This document shows, piece by piece, positions 49,518-61,102 of a DNA stretch of 64,000 nucleotides. The first letter of the stretch is position 1. Every line of letters starts with the position of its first letter. Location of the stretch: positions 21,406,613 through 21,470,612 of the forward strand of contig NC_092392.1 in NCBI RefSeq assembly GCF_030028105.1, in the 5' to 3' direction. The position numbers and the translations under genes were made by a program. This stretch comes from Mobula birostris (taxonomy: Eukaryota). The notes beneath the pieces are model-generated. The model saw nothing but the letters and a program-made list of their open reading frames with translations, was not told the origin of the DNA and made no database searches.

Positions 49518-52117
49518 CTTAAGCTCTCTAATCAATTCTGGTTCATTGCATAACACCCAATCCAGAATACATGATCCTCTAGTGGTCTCAACTATGATTT
49601 GCTCTAAAAAGCCATCTTGGGCAGTCTAGAAATTTCCCCTCTTGGAATCCAGCACCAAACTGAGTTTCCCTACTACCTGCATGTTGAAACCCCATATGAC
49701 TATTTTAACATTGCCTTTTTGGCATGCATTTTCTATCTTCCATTGTAATTTGTGGACCACATCCTTTCAACTGTTTGAGGGGTCCGCACATAACTCCCAT
49801 CAGGGTCTTTTCACCCTCGCAGTTCCTTAGCTCTATCCACAATGGATTAACATCTTCTCACCCTATGCCACCTCTTTTTAATGATTTGATGTCATTTTTT
49901 ACCCACAGAGCAACACTAACCCTCTGCCTTATTTTCGATACAATGTGTATCCTTGAACATTAAGCTCCCAGCTATAATCTTGTTTCATCCATGATTCAGT
50001 GATGCCTACATCATACATTCTCAATCTGTAACTGTGTTACAAGTTAACCTAACTTCTTCTGTAAACTGCACATTCAAATATAACACCTTAAGTCCCGTAT
50101 TCGCCCTTTTCGAATTTGTCCGCTTTTTGCATTGCGACTCATCCTTTTGACTGCAATTTTGCCCTATCATCAGCCTGTCATTGCTAGGAGTCTCACTACA
50201 CATTACCTCTGTTTTTAAAATTAACCCACACAACTCTAGCCAACCTGCCCACAAGGATATTGGACCCCCTTGGTACAGGTCATACCTTCCCCAGAAGAGA
50301 TCCCAATGATCCGTAAACCTGCCCCCCGCCCCAGTTCCTCAGCCACGCATCCAACTGACAAATCGTCCTATTCATACTTTCACTGCCATGTGGCACAGAC
50401 AGCAAGCCAGGGATTACTACCCTGGAAGTCTTGTTTCTCAACGTTCTACCTAGCTCCCTAAAATCTCTCTTCAGGACCCACTCACCTTGTCTAACTGTGT
50501 CGTTGGTGCCAATATGTACCAAGACTTCTGGCTGCTCACCCTCACCCTTGAGAATGCCATGGACCTGAAATGAGACATCCCTGATCCTGGCACCAGGGAG
50601 GCAGCTTACCATCTGTGTGTCTCTATCAAGCCTACAGAACCTCATCTCTATTCTTCTGACTAAGGAATCTCCAATCAACACTGTACTCTTCTTCACCTCC
50701 CTGTTCTTCTGAGCCACAGCACCAAACTCAGAGACCCAGTCACTGTGGCTCCCCCCGCCCCCCGGTAGGTTGTCCCTCTCAATAGTATTTGAAGTTGTAT
50801 AATTATGCTTGAGGGGAACACCCATAGATGTACTCTACAATGGCTATGCATTTCCCTTTCTTCTGACAGTCACCCAGTTACCTCTGACAGTCACCCAGTT
50901 ACCTGTCTCTTGCAGGGGTGACTACCTCCTTGTAGCTCCTATCTATCACCTCCTCATTCTCCCATATGAGTCAAAGATCATCGACCTGCAGCTCCGGTTC
51001 CTTAATACATTCTCTGAGGAGCTGCAACTTGGTGCACTTTGTGCAGGTGTGTTTATCTGGGAGACCAGAGGTCCCCCAGACTTCCCACATCCCACAAAGA
51101 GTGCAAAAAAAAAAAAATGCTCTGGAGCCATTCTCACTAAACTACTATGCCCTATCAGATGAGGAATGAGCAAATAAGAACAGAGAGAGAGTAACTTTCA
51201 TAATACTTTACCTCATCCAAACCTGATGAGCCAAAGCCGCTCAAATGACTGGCATACACAAAAGAATGGCTGCACCGCTTGCGCTTGAGTTAATTTTATT
51301 GGCCCTTTCTAGCGAATCACTTGCTGATTGGTTGCTCCCGAACTCAGAGAAAATATCTTTGAACTCAGCAAAACTCTGCCTTAAAAATCTCAGTTGCTGT
51401 CCTGATTGAAAAGTAGCTCCTCTTACACAGCCCTGACATTGATTTTGTATGTTAGTGGCTGATCTGCCCCAGGCATCAACTCCTGTGCCAATTTCACATT
51501 GCCCTCAGTTCCCCAGTCTTTCAAACACAAAATATCTACCTCCTTATTCAATACCTCCAGTGACTCTCCAGCAGGAAGTTCCATGGACCACAACACTTTG
51601 CATGAAGAAATTCCCACCTACCTAAGTTTTAAATGTCTACTCACTTAAGTGTATGTCCCCCTTATTTGAGGAGTGGAAACATCTCAACATTATCATGTGC
51701 CTCTAGAATTTTTTTGTTTCAATAACTCTTAGTTCTTCTAAACTCTTAACATTTTTTTTTACTGTTTATGATGGGTCATTCCAAGAATTGGTGAGCCTTC
51801 TCTAGACAGCCTCCAAAGTTCATATGTGGGTGTTTATTTTTTTTAATTAGGGGCCAAAACTGTACACTGCCCCAGATGCAGCCACATCAAAACCCTGCAG
51901 AATTGGAAAAGTACTGGCCTATGCATATCAATATTCATGACCTTCTACAGCAGTGCAGCTGAGAGCATCCTAACATGCTGCATCACTGTGTGGTACAGAA
52001 ATTGCTCTGCGCTGGACAGGAGGGCTCTGCATCAGGTAGCTAAAATTACCAATACATCGCTGGCACCAGCCTATTTGCCATTCAGGACATACAAACAAAA
52101 GTTGCCGATAAAAGGCT

Positions 52118-52930
52118 AGGGATAGATGGAGTTCAACCCAGATAAGTGTGAGGTAGTTCATTTTGGTAGGTCAAATATGATGGCAGAATATAGCATTAAT
52201 GGCAAGGCTCTTGGCAGTGTGGAGGATCAGAGGGATCTTGGGATCGGAGTCCATAGGACATTCAAAGCTGCTATGTAGGTTGACTCTGTGGTTAAGAGGG
52301 CATACGGTGCATTGGCCTTCATCAATCGTGGGATTGAGTTTAAGAGCTGAGAGGTAATGTTGCAGCTATATAGGACCCTGGTCAGACCCCACTTGGAGTA
52401 CTGTGCTCAATTCTGGTCGCCTCACTACAGGAAGGACGTGGAAACCATAGAAAGGGTGCAGAGGAGAATTACAAGGATGTTGCTTGGATTGGGGAGCATG
52501 CCTTTATGAGAATGGGTTGATTGAACTCAGCCTTTTCTCCTTGGAGCGACGGAGGATGAGAGGTGACCTGATAGAGGTGAGCAAGATAATGAGAGGCATT
52601 CATCGTTTGGATAGTCAGAGGCTTTTCCCCAGGGCTGAAATGGCTAGCACGAGAGGGCATAGTTTTAAGGTGCTTGGAAGTAGGTACAGAGGAGATGTCA
52701 GGGGTAAGTTTTTTACGCAGAGAGTGGTGAGTGCGTGGAATGGGCTGCTGGCGGTGGTGGTGGAGGTGGAAACGATAGGGTCTTTTAAGAGACTCCTGGA
52801 TGGATACATGGAGCTTAGAAAAATAGAGGGCTATGGGTAAGCCTAGGTAGTTCTAAAGCAGGGATATGTTCAGCACAGCTTTGTGGGCCGAAGGGCCTGT
52901 ATCGTGCTGTAGGTTTTCTATGTTTCTATG
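52118..52930 (+). mobile_element. CR1 3' fragment with (TTTCTATG)n tail, splitting a Rex1 fragment (~51925-52117 and ~52931-53315)
   Basis: ORF 52484..52840 LFSLERRRMRGDLIEV...FFTQRVVSAWNGL. Confidence 0.88.
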
Positions 52931-53924
52931 TCATGAAACATTCCACCCATCTTGCTCATGGACTGTTTACCCCCCCTTCCATCAGGGAAGAGGCTACATA
53001 GCATCCATACCCGACCACTAGACTCAAAAACACTTACTTCCCCCAAGCTACCAAGCTGAATCCCACCACCACTACTTTATCATTTCCTGTCAGTCACCTT
53101 ATGTACAGATACCACTGTACGTAGTATCACTTTACATACATTCAGTCAGTCTATATATGAGCTAATCTTATATATTTATATTTATTGTGTTTTATTGTAC
53201 TCTTTAAACTCATTGTGATTTTTAACGCTGCATTAGATCTGGAGTAACAATCATTTTGTTCTCTATTACACCTGTGTACTGCCAAATGACAATAAACTAC
53301 CTTGAATCTTGAATAAATCTATTTCTAGTGTCTAATCACTCCCTCAGTTATGGAGGGGCAATGCACCATTGCTTTAATTACTTGCTGTAGCTGCAACAAA
53401 TCTCTTTATGTTTCATGAAGAAATGCACCTAGATCCTTCTGTATTCCACATGTCTCTCTCCACATTCCAAAGACATACAGTTTAGGATTAGTAAGTTGTG
53501 GGCATGCTATGTTGGTGCCAGAAGCATGGCAACACTTGTGGGGTTCCCCCAGCACATTTCGGACAGTGTTGGTCATTGAACACAGCACATTTCTCTGCAT
53601 GATTCAATGTATGTATGACAAATAAAGTTAATCTTCATCTTAAATAATAGTGTTCATTTTGATTTCTCCTACGGTTTTCTACTTTTCTACATTAAATTCT
53701 GTTTCCAAGTTTTTGCTCATTTACTCTGTCCTTTCATAACTGATTGCATAATCAAAATAGGCCACCATCCATTCCAATGTCCATAGTAGACTCGGATAGC
53801 TTAGACTCTGCTCCTTCCTCTAAGACTTAGTGAATATAGTTTGTAAATAACTGAGGATCAGGTGCTGACCCTTGGGATACTGCACTTGTTACATCCTTCT
53901 CATGCATCTGTGGAAAGAGAAACA

Positions 53925-54330
53925 GGAGGCACTGCCTCAACATCTATTATCAAAGATCTCCACCATCTGGGCCTTACCATCATCTCACAACTACCATTGC
54001 GCAGGAGATACAGAAGCAAGAAGTCCCACACAAATTCAAGAAAATCCACTTCCCTTCACCAATTGGTCCTTGAACCCACCATCCCAACCCCATCACTGCA
54101 GTTTAACAATCATTTTGCTTATTTTATTCTAACTGTCTTTTTTATTGTGGAAAATATGTATAATTTCATTTAATTTCAGTTTTTCTTGTGACTGCTTCTT
54201 ATGTGATACAATTTGCCTGTAATGCTACTGCAAGTAAGTTTTAAATTATAAACATACTTGTGCATATGACAATAAACTTGACTTTAACTTTAGCATTAAA
54301 CTTGACTTTAACTTTAACATTAGTAATATT
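53925..54330 (+). mobile_element. Rex1/Babar 3' fragment
   Basis: SIIKDLHHLGL...LPLRRRYRS; duplicated tail taaacttgactttaacttta. Confidence 0.6.
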
Positions 54331-55646
54331 GTATTTGTTCATGACAATAAATCTGACTTCAGTTTAGATTCACTGACTGTTAAAAGGCAAATACTAACAA
54401 ATCCCCCCTCCCCCACCCATCTGGCTTCACCTATCACCTAGCTTGTACTCTTTCCCCTCCCCCACCTTCTTATTCTGGCTTCTTCTCCCTTCTTTTCCAG
54501 TCCTGATAAAGGGCCTTGGCCTGAAACATAAAATGTTTATACATCTCCATAGATGCTGCCTGACCTGCTCAGTTCCTCCAACATTTTGTGTATGTTGCTC
54601 CAGATACAAAGTGGCATGCTTTTAAGGGAAAGCTTAAAGGAGACATGCAAGATGAGGATTGTTGTTAACATGGAGAATGGTGGGTACCTGGAACACGATG
54701 CCAGAGGTGGTGGTGGAAGCAGATAGAAAAGTGGCATTAAAAACTGGCCGTTGGACATATGGATATGCAGAGAATGGAGGATATTGATCATATGCAGGCA
54801 AAAAGGATTTAGCATGGCTTAGTATGGCATAGTTTAGTATAGCATAGTATGGTTTAGTTTCCCTTAGTTTAGTTTAATTGGGCACCTTGGACAGGAAGAC
54901 ATGATGAGCTGAAGGGCCTGTTCCCATGTTGTTCTGGATTTCCATCACCTACAGATTCTTAAGAGATTGAAGATGAGCTTGATTTGTCACATGTACAGCG
55001 AAACACACGGTGATAATTCATTGTTTGTGTCAAATCAAACCCAATCGTTATGAAAGGTTTGATAGTTCAAAAGTTTCATTTATTAACAATGCATATATCC
55101 ATATTCAACTCTGGAATTTGTTGTCTCCAGATCATTCTGATGCAAAGAAGGAACCTGAAAGTCGTTCTGAGAGAAACATCAAACCCATCCACCCCCGCAC
55201 AAAAAAGGTTATCTCAATCATAAATCCCCAAAATACCCCTCCCCACATGAAATGGAACAGGTTATTAAGGGTCTCAGCCCGAAGCATCAACTGTTTATTA
55301 CTTTCCATAGATCTTCCCGACTTGCCGAGTTCTTCCTGCATTTTGTGTTACTCTGGATTTCTAGCATCTGCAGAATCAGTTGTGTTCAAATCAAATCAGC
55401 AATGATTGTGCTGGGCAGCCTTCAATCTTGCCACACTTCCGGCACCAACAAAGCATGCCCACAACTCACTAACCCTAACCAGTCTTTGGACTGTGGGAGA
55501 GAACGTACAAACTCCTTACAGACCCGATCAGTCCCATTCGAATTGAACCCAATCACTGGTGCTATAAAGCATTACGTTAACTGCTACACTACCTCTCTCA
55601 TCAACCACCCCCCCCCCGCCCCATCAACCTGTCCTGCCCTCTAACC

Positions 55647-57340
55647 CAGGGCCGGACTTTAGGCAGGGCTAGGCTGGGCTACAGCCCAGGGGCCAGAGCT
55701 GCAGAGGGCCCAAAATAGGTAGCTATCATCATGGCGGACAAAAAAGTACGAGAGTGGAGCACAGAAAAGAAAAAGAGGACCGTGAGAAAGAAGGATTAAA
55801 AAAGACAGTAAAATTGACAGAATTTTTTAAACCTGTTCTCGATGATGCAACAGTACATCGCTCTTGTCACAGTCTGAGACCGGTGGACAAATGGAGACTT
55901 GTTCAACAGCTAGCGCCACCACAGGACCATCGTCCTTGCCACAGTCAGCAGCTGATGTTGAAGAGGCAGCGAGCATGACTTTGGGATTCCTGACCACAGA
56001 GGCCTCTGAACAACCAAGCTGGTCTGCCATTAATGTTAAAGTTACCGCTACTGAGGATCCTTACAGCACTGATCCTGCTCACTGGGGAAAGGAAACGTTA
56101 GATGATTCAGTCAGAGCATACTGGGCTAAGAAAGGGCCGGAGTCCTGCCAGAATAAGGATGTGGATATCAAAGCTTCGGAACGAGTATACAAACAGCAGA
56201 GATGTTTTTTCTCCAAATTTCACTTCAAACACAAGCTTGTAAATGGTGAGTACATATCAAGGCAATGGCTCTTATATTCCCCTTCCACCGGCCGTGTGTT
56301 TTGTTTTGTGCAGGAGATTGTCCATTTCAGGGAATTTGTAAGTGGCAAAGATATTTCATCCGCAACAGAGCTTTTATGCTTCCTCCGAGAAAAAAAAACT
56401 TGCAGGTCATCTTCCCAAATGTAAGCATTACTTTGAGGCTTTACCTGTCTCTCCCTGTCACAAATGCAAGTGGTGAGTGATCTTTCTCCAAGCTCAAGCT
56501 AGTAAAGAACAGGCTCAGATCCACAATGGGACAGGACAGGCTGAATCATCTTACTCTGATGTCACTTGAAAGTGATCTTGTTCGGAAACTGGATTTTAGT
56601 GATCTGATCAAGGACTTTGCTGCAAAGAAATCCAGAAGAACTAGGCTTTAATTTTTAAAAAACAAGCATCTGACTTTGTAAATATCTAGGCTTGTGTGTC
56701 AGTGCTGTTCCTGTTTTTGTGGCAATAGGCTAATAGTTGACTGTTTACAAACCTAGTAAGTAATAAGTGGTCTTTACTCTGCAAGCCACACAGCACAGTA
56801 ATAGGTTAGTATTTGCTAGATCTCATTTTTCAAAAAGATTGTTGGAATATTGTCAAGTTTCCTAGTTTGCCATAGTGCCATCTCTCTTGGCCTTTTTGTC
56901 TCTCATTTCCATTTTACTTTCTCAGAACACACGGTTGAGAATAATACCTAGACAGAAATGCTTTGGCATTGTTTGAGAAATAAGGCCTATGGTATTTGCA
57001 GCAATAGCGAAATAAAGATTTAAGATTGGGTACATGATACTTCGTCTCCCTTATATCTTTAATAAACCAGCCACGCCTAGGTCAATTTCTGAGTGCTTTA
57101 GATGCTGTCCTTCAAACGAAGAATCTGCATTACTTTCTGTCCTCCCTCTTAAGGCCTGTAAGTTTATAGCCTACGTATTGTACTAAACCAATGTCTTGGT
57201 CCACAGATTTGGTATTTAGACCAGTACGACCTTTGCTTTTGTTCTTGCCTTTTTTTGCTTGGTACAGCAGCATTTTACGGTGTCGGCGAGCCCATCAGGG
57301 CCTCCAGCCCAGGGGCCCGGCCGCGCTAAATCCGGCCCTG
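55647..57340 (+). mobile_element. Non-autonomous hAT (Tip100/Charlie-like) DNA transposon, internally deleted
   Basis: TIRs CAGGGCCGGA(C)TTTAG and CTAAATCCGGCCCTG; perfect 8-bp TSD ctctaacc at 55639-55646 and 57341-57348. Remnants: KYESGAQKRK, RQWLLYSPSTGRVFCF, and the dimerisation domain FPNVSITLRLYLSLPVTNASGE*SFSKLKLVKNRLRSTMGQDRL. Confidence 0.95.
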
Positions 57341-57699
57341 CTCTAACCTGACACTAACTAACCTCTGCCCCCACTAACCTGACCCTCACTTTACCTCTCC
57401 CTCAACAAACTGGCTCCCATCGACTTCTCCCCATCCACCTGACCCCCAACAATGTCATCATCCCTTATCGACAACCACACATCTCCTATCAACAATCCAC
57501 ATCCCTTAATGTTAGTGCCTTATAAACAATTGTCCCTTGTAAATATAATCAGCCTCATCTCCATCATCCTTCAGTAATTCCCCCAACACTTGTGAGCAAC
57601 CTGTCCATTCCTTGTGAATCGTTTTCCTTAACTACACTGTCCCTTAGCAGCCAATCACGCCATCCCTTGTGAACCATCCTTTCTTCCATTGCCTTTGCC

Positions 57700-58270
57700 T
57701 CCCATGACTCGGTCGTCGCTCTTCTTCGGATCCCAGCTCCAGGGGAAGACGCCGCTCGATCGGACCTCTTCGCCTTCCCTCTGCTGGGCCCGTCTCCCCG
57801 CAACCACACAGGCCCGCTCAGTCGATACGGAAACAATCGATAGCGATCCGTCACCAGTCACTGGTGGAACTCGATTGGTGGCGCCTGGCGGAGCCCGGCG
57901 GCACAACATGGCGGCAGCGGCGGTGGCGCGGGCCGGGCGGTTGCATGGGCGGCGGATCCCGGTGAGCCGGTGCCATTGACGGCGGCGGGACAGGGGGCGG
58001 GTGACTCGTCCCGGGTTGGCCAGCCGCGATGTGTGAAAGTTACGGTCGGGCGCTGCTGCGGGTGGCGGTGGCGCAGATCTGCCAGGCGCTGGGCTGGGAC
58101 TCGGTGCAGCTCACGGCCTGCGACATCCTCACCGACGTGCTCAACAGGTACATGGAGCAGCTGAGCCACGGCTGCCACCGCTACAGCGAGCTGTGTGAGT
58201 ACCGACGCCGCCGCAGCGCGCACCGGGCACATGGGTAGAGGGAGGATTGTGTGCGGCGGGCATCCCGGAG
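57700..58270 (+). promoter_or_regulatory. TAF3 CpG island/promoter with YY1-like AACATGGCGGC (57905-57915) and inverted CCAAT (57874-57878)
   Basis: Sharp CpG and GC enrichment around the TAF3 ATG. Confidence 0.8.
58029..58194 (+). CDS. TAF3: TAF3 coding exon 1 (166 bp; histone-fold domain MCESYGRALLRVAVAQICQALGWDSVQLTACDILTDVLNRYMEQLSHGCHRYSEL). The gene continues off the right edge.
   Basis: ORF 58029..58238; recognisable TAF3 N-terminus; CTG T|gtgagt donor. Confidence 0.96.
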
Positions 58271-58496
58271 CAACCTGATCCCACTACAGTCTCTTCCCCC
58301 TTCAACCTCAACTCCACCAACATCTGTTTCCCCATCAGCCTGTGTTCCCTTCGAAACTGACCTTTATTAACTTCTACCCACACCAACCTGACGCCTTCCC
58401 CGTCAACATCTATCTCTCATCAAACTCTGTCAAGCATCAACATCACTTCCCTTATCAATCTCCTCACATCAACCTGCCTTTCCTTATAACCTGAAT

Positions 58497-58891
58497 CTTA
58501 TCAACTTCAACCCCCCCATCAACCTGTCCTGTCTTCTAACCTGACTCTTAATTTCTACCCCACTAACCTATCTCCATCACCTTCCTCCCCAACCAACCAG
58601 GCCCTCACCTGAATTCTCTCCATCCACCTGACACCGCCCCCAAACAATCTCAATATCCCTTACAACAGTTTCTCTACTCCTTCTCAATAACCCCATATCC
58701 GTAATCAACAATCCATATCCCTTAATGTTAGTGTCCCATACCTTATCAACAATTACCCTTGTCCATAATCAGCCAACCTTCAGTAATTGCCCCACATTCT
58801 TATGAGCAACTTGTCCATTCCTTATTCTTTCTCTCAACTTACCCGTTCCTTGTCAGCCAATCACCATACATTGTGAACATCTGCCCTTCCA
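58497..58891 (+). repeat. ~400-bp C-rich segment, direct repeat of ~55595-55646 + 57341-57688
   Basis: Colinear shared blocks: ccatcaacctgtcctg, ccatccacctgac, atcaacaatcca.atcccttaatgttagtg, ccttcagtaatt, tgagcaac.tgtccattcctt, cagccaatcac. Confidence 0.85.
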
Positions 58892-59404
58892 AATCAACGA
58901 TCTCCTCTGTCCCTCATCAACTGCCTTTGCTGGATCTTGTTTGTTGTTAACCACCCTGGCCTTGATGGTCCTTGTCCCCTCCCCTGATCTCTGTTGGCCC
59001 TTCTGCTCTTTTGGTCACCATCTCTGTTGGCCACCTGTGAACCCCCATTCTCTTCCCCCTCAAGCCCCCGTGACCCTGTCAGCTCTTTCCTTGCATCTAT
59101 TATCAACAGCCTCTCATACCAGCAAGCCCACACTCTCTGTAATCTTGCCCTCCCCATTCCTGTTACCCCTGCCAAAGTCCCTCAATTCCCTGTATTTATC
59201 AGTAACTGGTATTCTATTGACTACTTTCTCTGCTACCGACCCAACACTCACTTTGCTCTGTCCTCTGTTCAGGACATTGAGAGGTCAGTGATTAACCACT
59301 AACTAGCCACATAACCATGCTGCACAGCACACGTGAGCAGGGAGCAGAACCTCTCCCAATTCTCGCCTGTCCCCGTTAACTCAGTTATCTCTATTAACTC
59401 GTGC

Positions 59405-59678
59405 CACGGTTGGCATGATGCTGTTACAGCTCGAGGTGTTCTGGGGTTTGGAGTTCAATTCCGGGACTGTTATATAAGAAGTCTCTTTACGTCTTCCCTG
59501 TGGAATGTGTGGATTTCTTTCCACAGTCCAGGGATGTACTGGGTAGGTTAATTGGTTATGGAAGTTGTCCCGTGATTAGGTTAGGTTAGTCTTGGTTGTG
59601 AAATTGCTGAGACATCGTGGCTGGAAAGGCCAGAAGGGCCTACTATATAGTGTATCATTAATTAAAAATAAAATAAAA
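59405..59678 (+). mobile_element. Degenerate V-SINE
   Basis: gagttcaattcc; ccacagtcca...ggttaattgg; A-rich tail. Confidence 0.65.
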
Positions 59679-60666
59679 CTCCCATTTACTGTGACCACCA
59701 TGTCAGTCTACTAATTGCCATATGCTCCCAATATCAGTTTACTCATCACGAATTACTGGTTTACTCCCTCCATTGACCTCTGCACTCACTGTCCTGTGCC
59801 AGCAGCCCTCTTGATGTTTCTTCCCTCCCTACACTTCTCACAGAGGCACGCTGCCAACAGCCCACAGATTGGAGGCATACTCCTCCAACATTTGTGTTCT
59901 GCATTTCATGAAATAGGGCTAGAAATAGAATGGGTTGCTTGTGCTGGAGGAATGGGTATGATAGATAATTGGGTAATAGAATATTTAGACCTATTTATTG
60001 CCACAGATAGCTGTGGAGGATAAATCATTGGATATATTCAAATCAGTCATAATTGAATGGCAGAGCAGACGATGGGCCGAATGGCCTAATTCTGGTCCTG
60101 TGTCTTATGGTCTTATTCTGTGACTTAACTCCAATATGTTCGATTAACAAATATCTCGATCTGTTTGTGAAAGAGAATTCAAAATTTTCTACCACTTACT
60201 AATGCTTTCCTTATTCCATTCCTGAAAGCCCTGGCTCTAATTTTTGGACCATGCCCTCTGGTTCTGGACTTTTCAACAGGAGAAAATAGTTTCTTGTTAT
60301 CTGTTGTAACACATTACATTTCAAGATATTTATGATAGCTGAGCTTTCATTTTGTATGTTTATAGAGTTAGATCTATCTTAATTGTAAACACACCTCCAT
60401 GTGTTTGTGATTTCACATGAAAGTTCGTATCTAATGTGATTTTCCAATATTGATAGCTGGCAGTCACTGTAAAGCAACACTAATGAATGGAAACTATTAT
60501 GAATTCCCTCTTTTTCTCTTTCATACCCACTGTAACGACTATTCAAGTGCTGCAGAAGCAGTTAAAAAGCAATCTTTATTTGCTTGTTATCTGCACATTT
60601 CACAAAACAAGTAAAAAGTAACACACATTCAAAATGCTGGAAGAACTCGGCAGGTCATGCAGCATC

Positions 60667-61102
60667 CAGTCAGTCAGTGGGTGCCGTTCCAAATCCAGGG
60701 TTGGCGGCTATGCATCTCCATCTTGCGACAGCACTGAGTACTGCCTCTCCTCCAGTTTGTTCTCGCTGACCGCCTTGGCACCGTCGCCCCGCCGAACTTG
60801 AGCCCGAGGCCGTATCGGCCTCCAGCCACGGCCGCTTCTTCGAGCTCGGCCCTTCCTTAGGCGGAGGCAGCGCCCAAGTTCATCATGTCTCTTCTAACTA
60901 GGTGCATCGCATACAATTCGTAGATACGTGGTGAGGCTTTAATCTCTTTCACGCAAGATGGCCGTTGGCTGACAAGGAGCTCATCCGCCCTTTGTCAGGT
61001 CTTGTTTTTTTCAGTCCTGCTGGATGTCCTCACACCCTCCTCACCAGACTAAGTCCGGTGGGGGAGCCAGCCCAAGTCACCAACCACTAGACCACGGCCC
61101 CC
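60667..61102 (-). mobile_element. CpG-rich SINE-like/non-autonomous element with (ACTG)n tail, inserted into a Penelope-end repeat
   Basis: Minus-strand head ggccgtggtctagtgg (A-box-like); tail ggcacccactgactgactg; the host repeat resumes at caaggagaggaataaacagtcaa. Confidence 0.65.

Larger units (their letters stand above)
45096..51420 (-). mobile_element. Near full-length degenerate CR1 (ORF1 zinc-finger/SGNH esterase + ORF2) split by Penelope and Rex1 insertions
   Basis: ORF 50280..50825 VLIGDSLVR...CLPGARIRDV...VHIGTNDT (esterase); RT pieces 47273-47701 and 46863-47138. Confidence 0.88.

Noticed and set aside
54805-54876. Short pentamer-like repeats (tagta/tagtt) as an array
   Set aside because: Degenerate microsatellite in a CR1 3' UTR; no CRISPR-like repeat-spacer structure anywhere in this eukaryotic window.
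55731-56651. Domesticated transposase gene (ZMYM/ZBED-like)
   Set aside because: Frameshifts, an in-frame stop at 56478-56480, a missing catalytic core, and intact TIRs/TSD indicate a defective transposon.
57564-58386. Multiple long ORFs around TAF3 exon 1
   Set aside because: Expected in a CpG island poor in stop codons; only 58029-58194 has homology.
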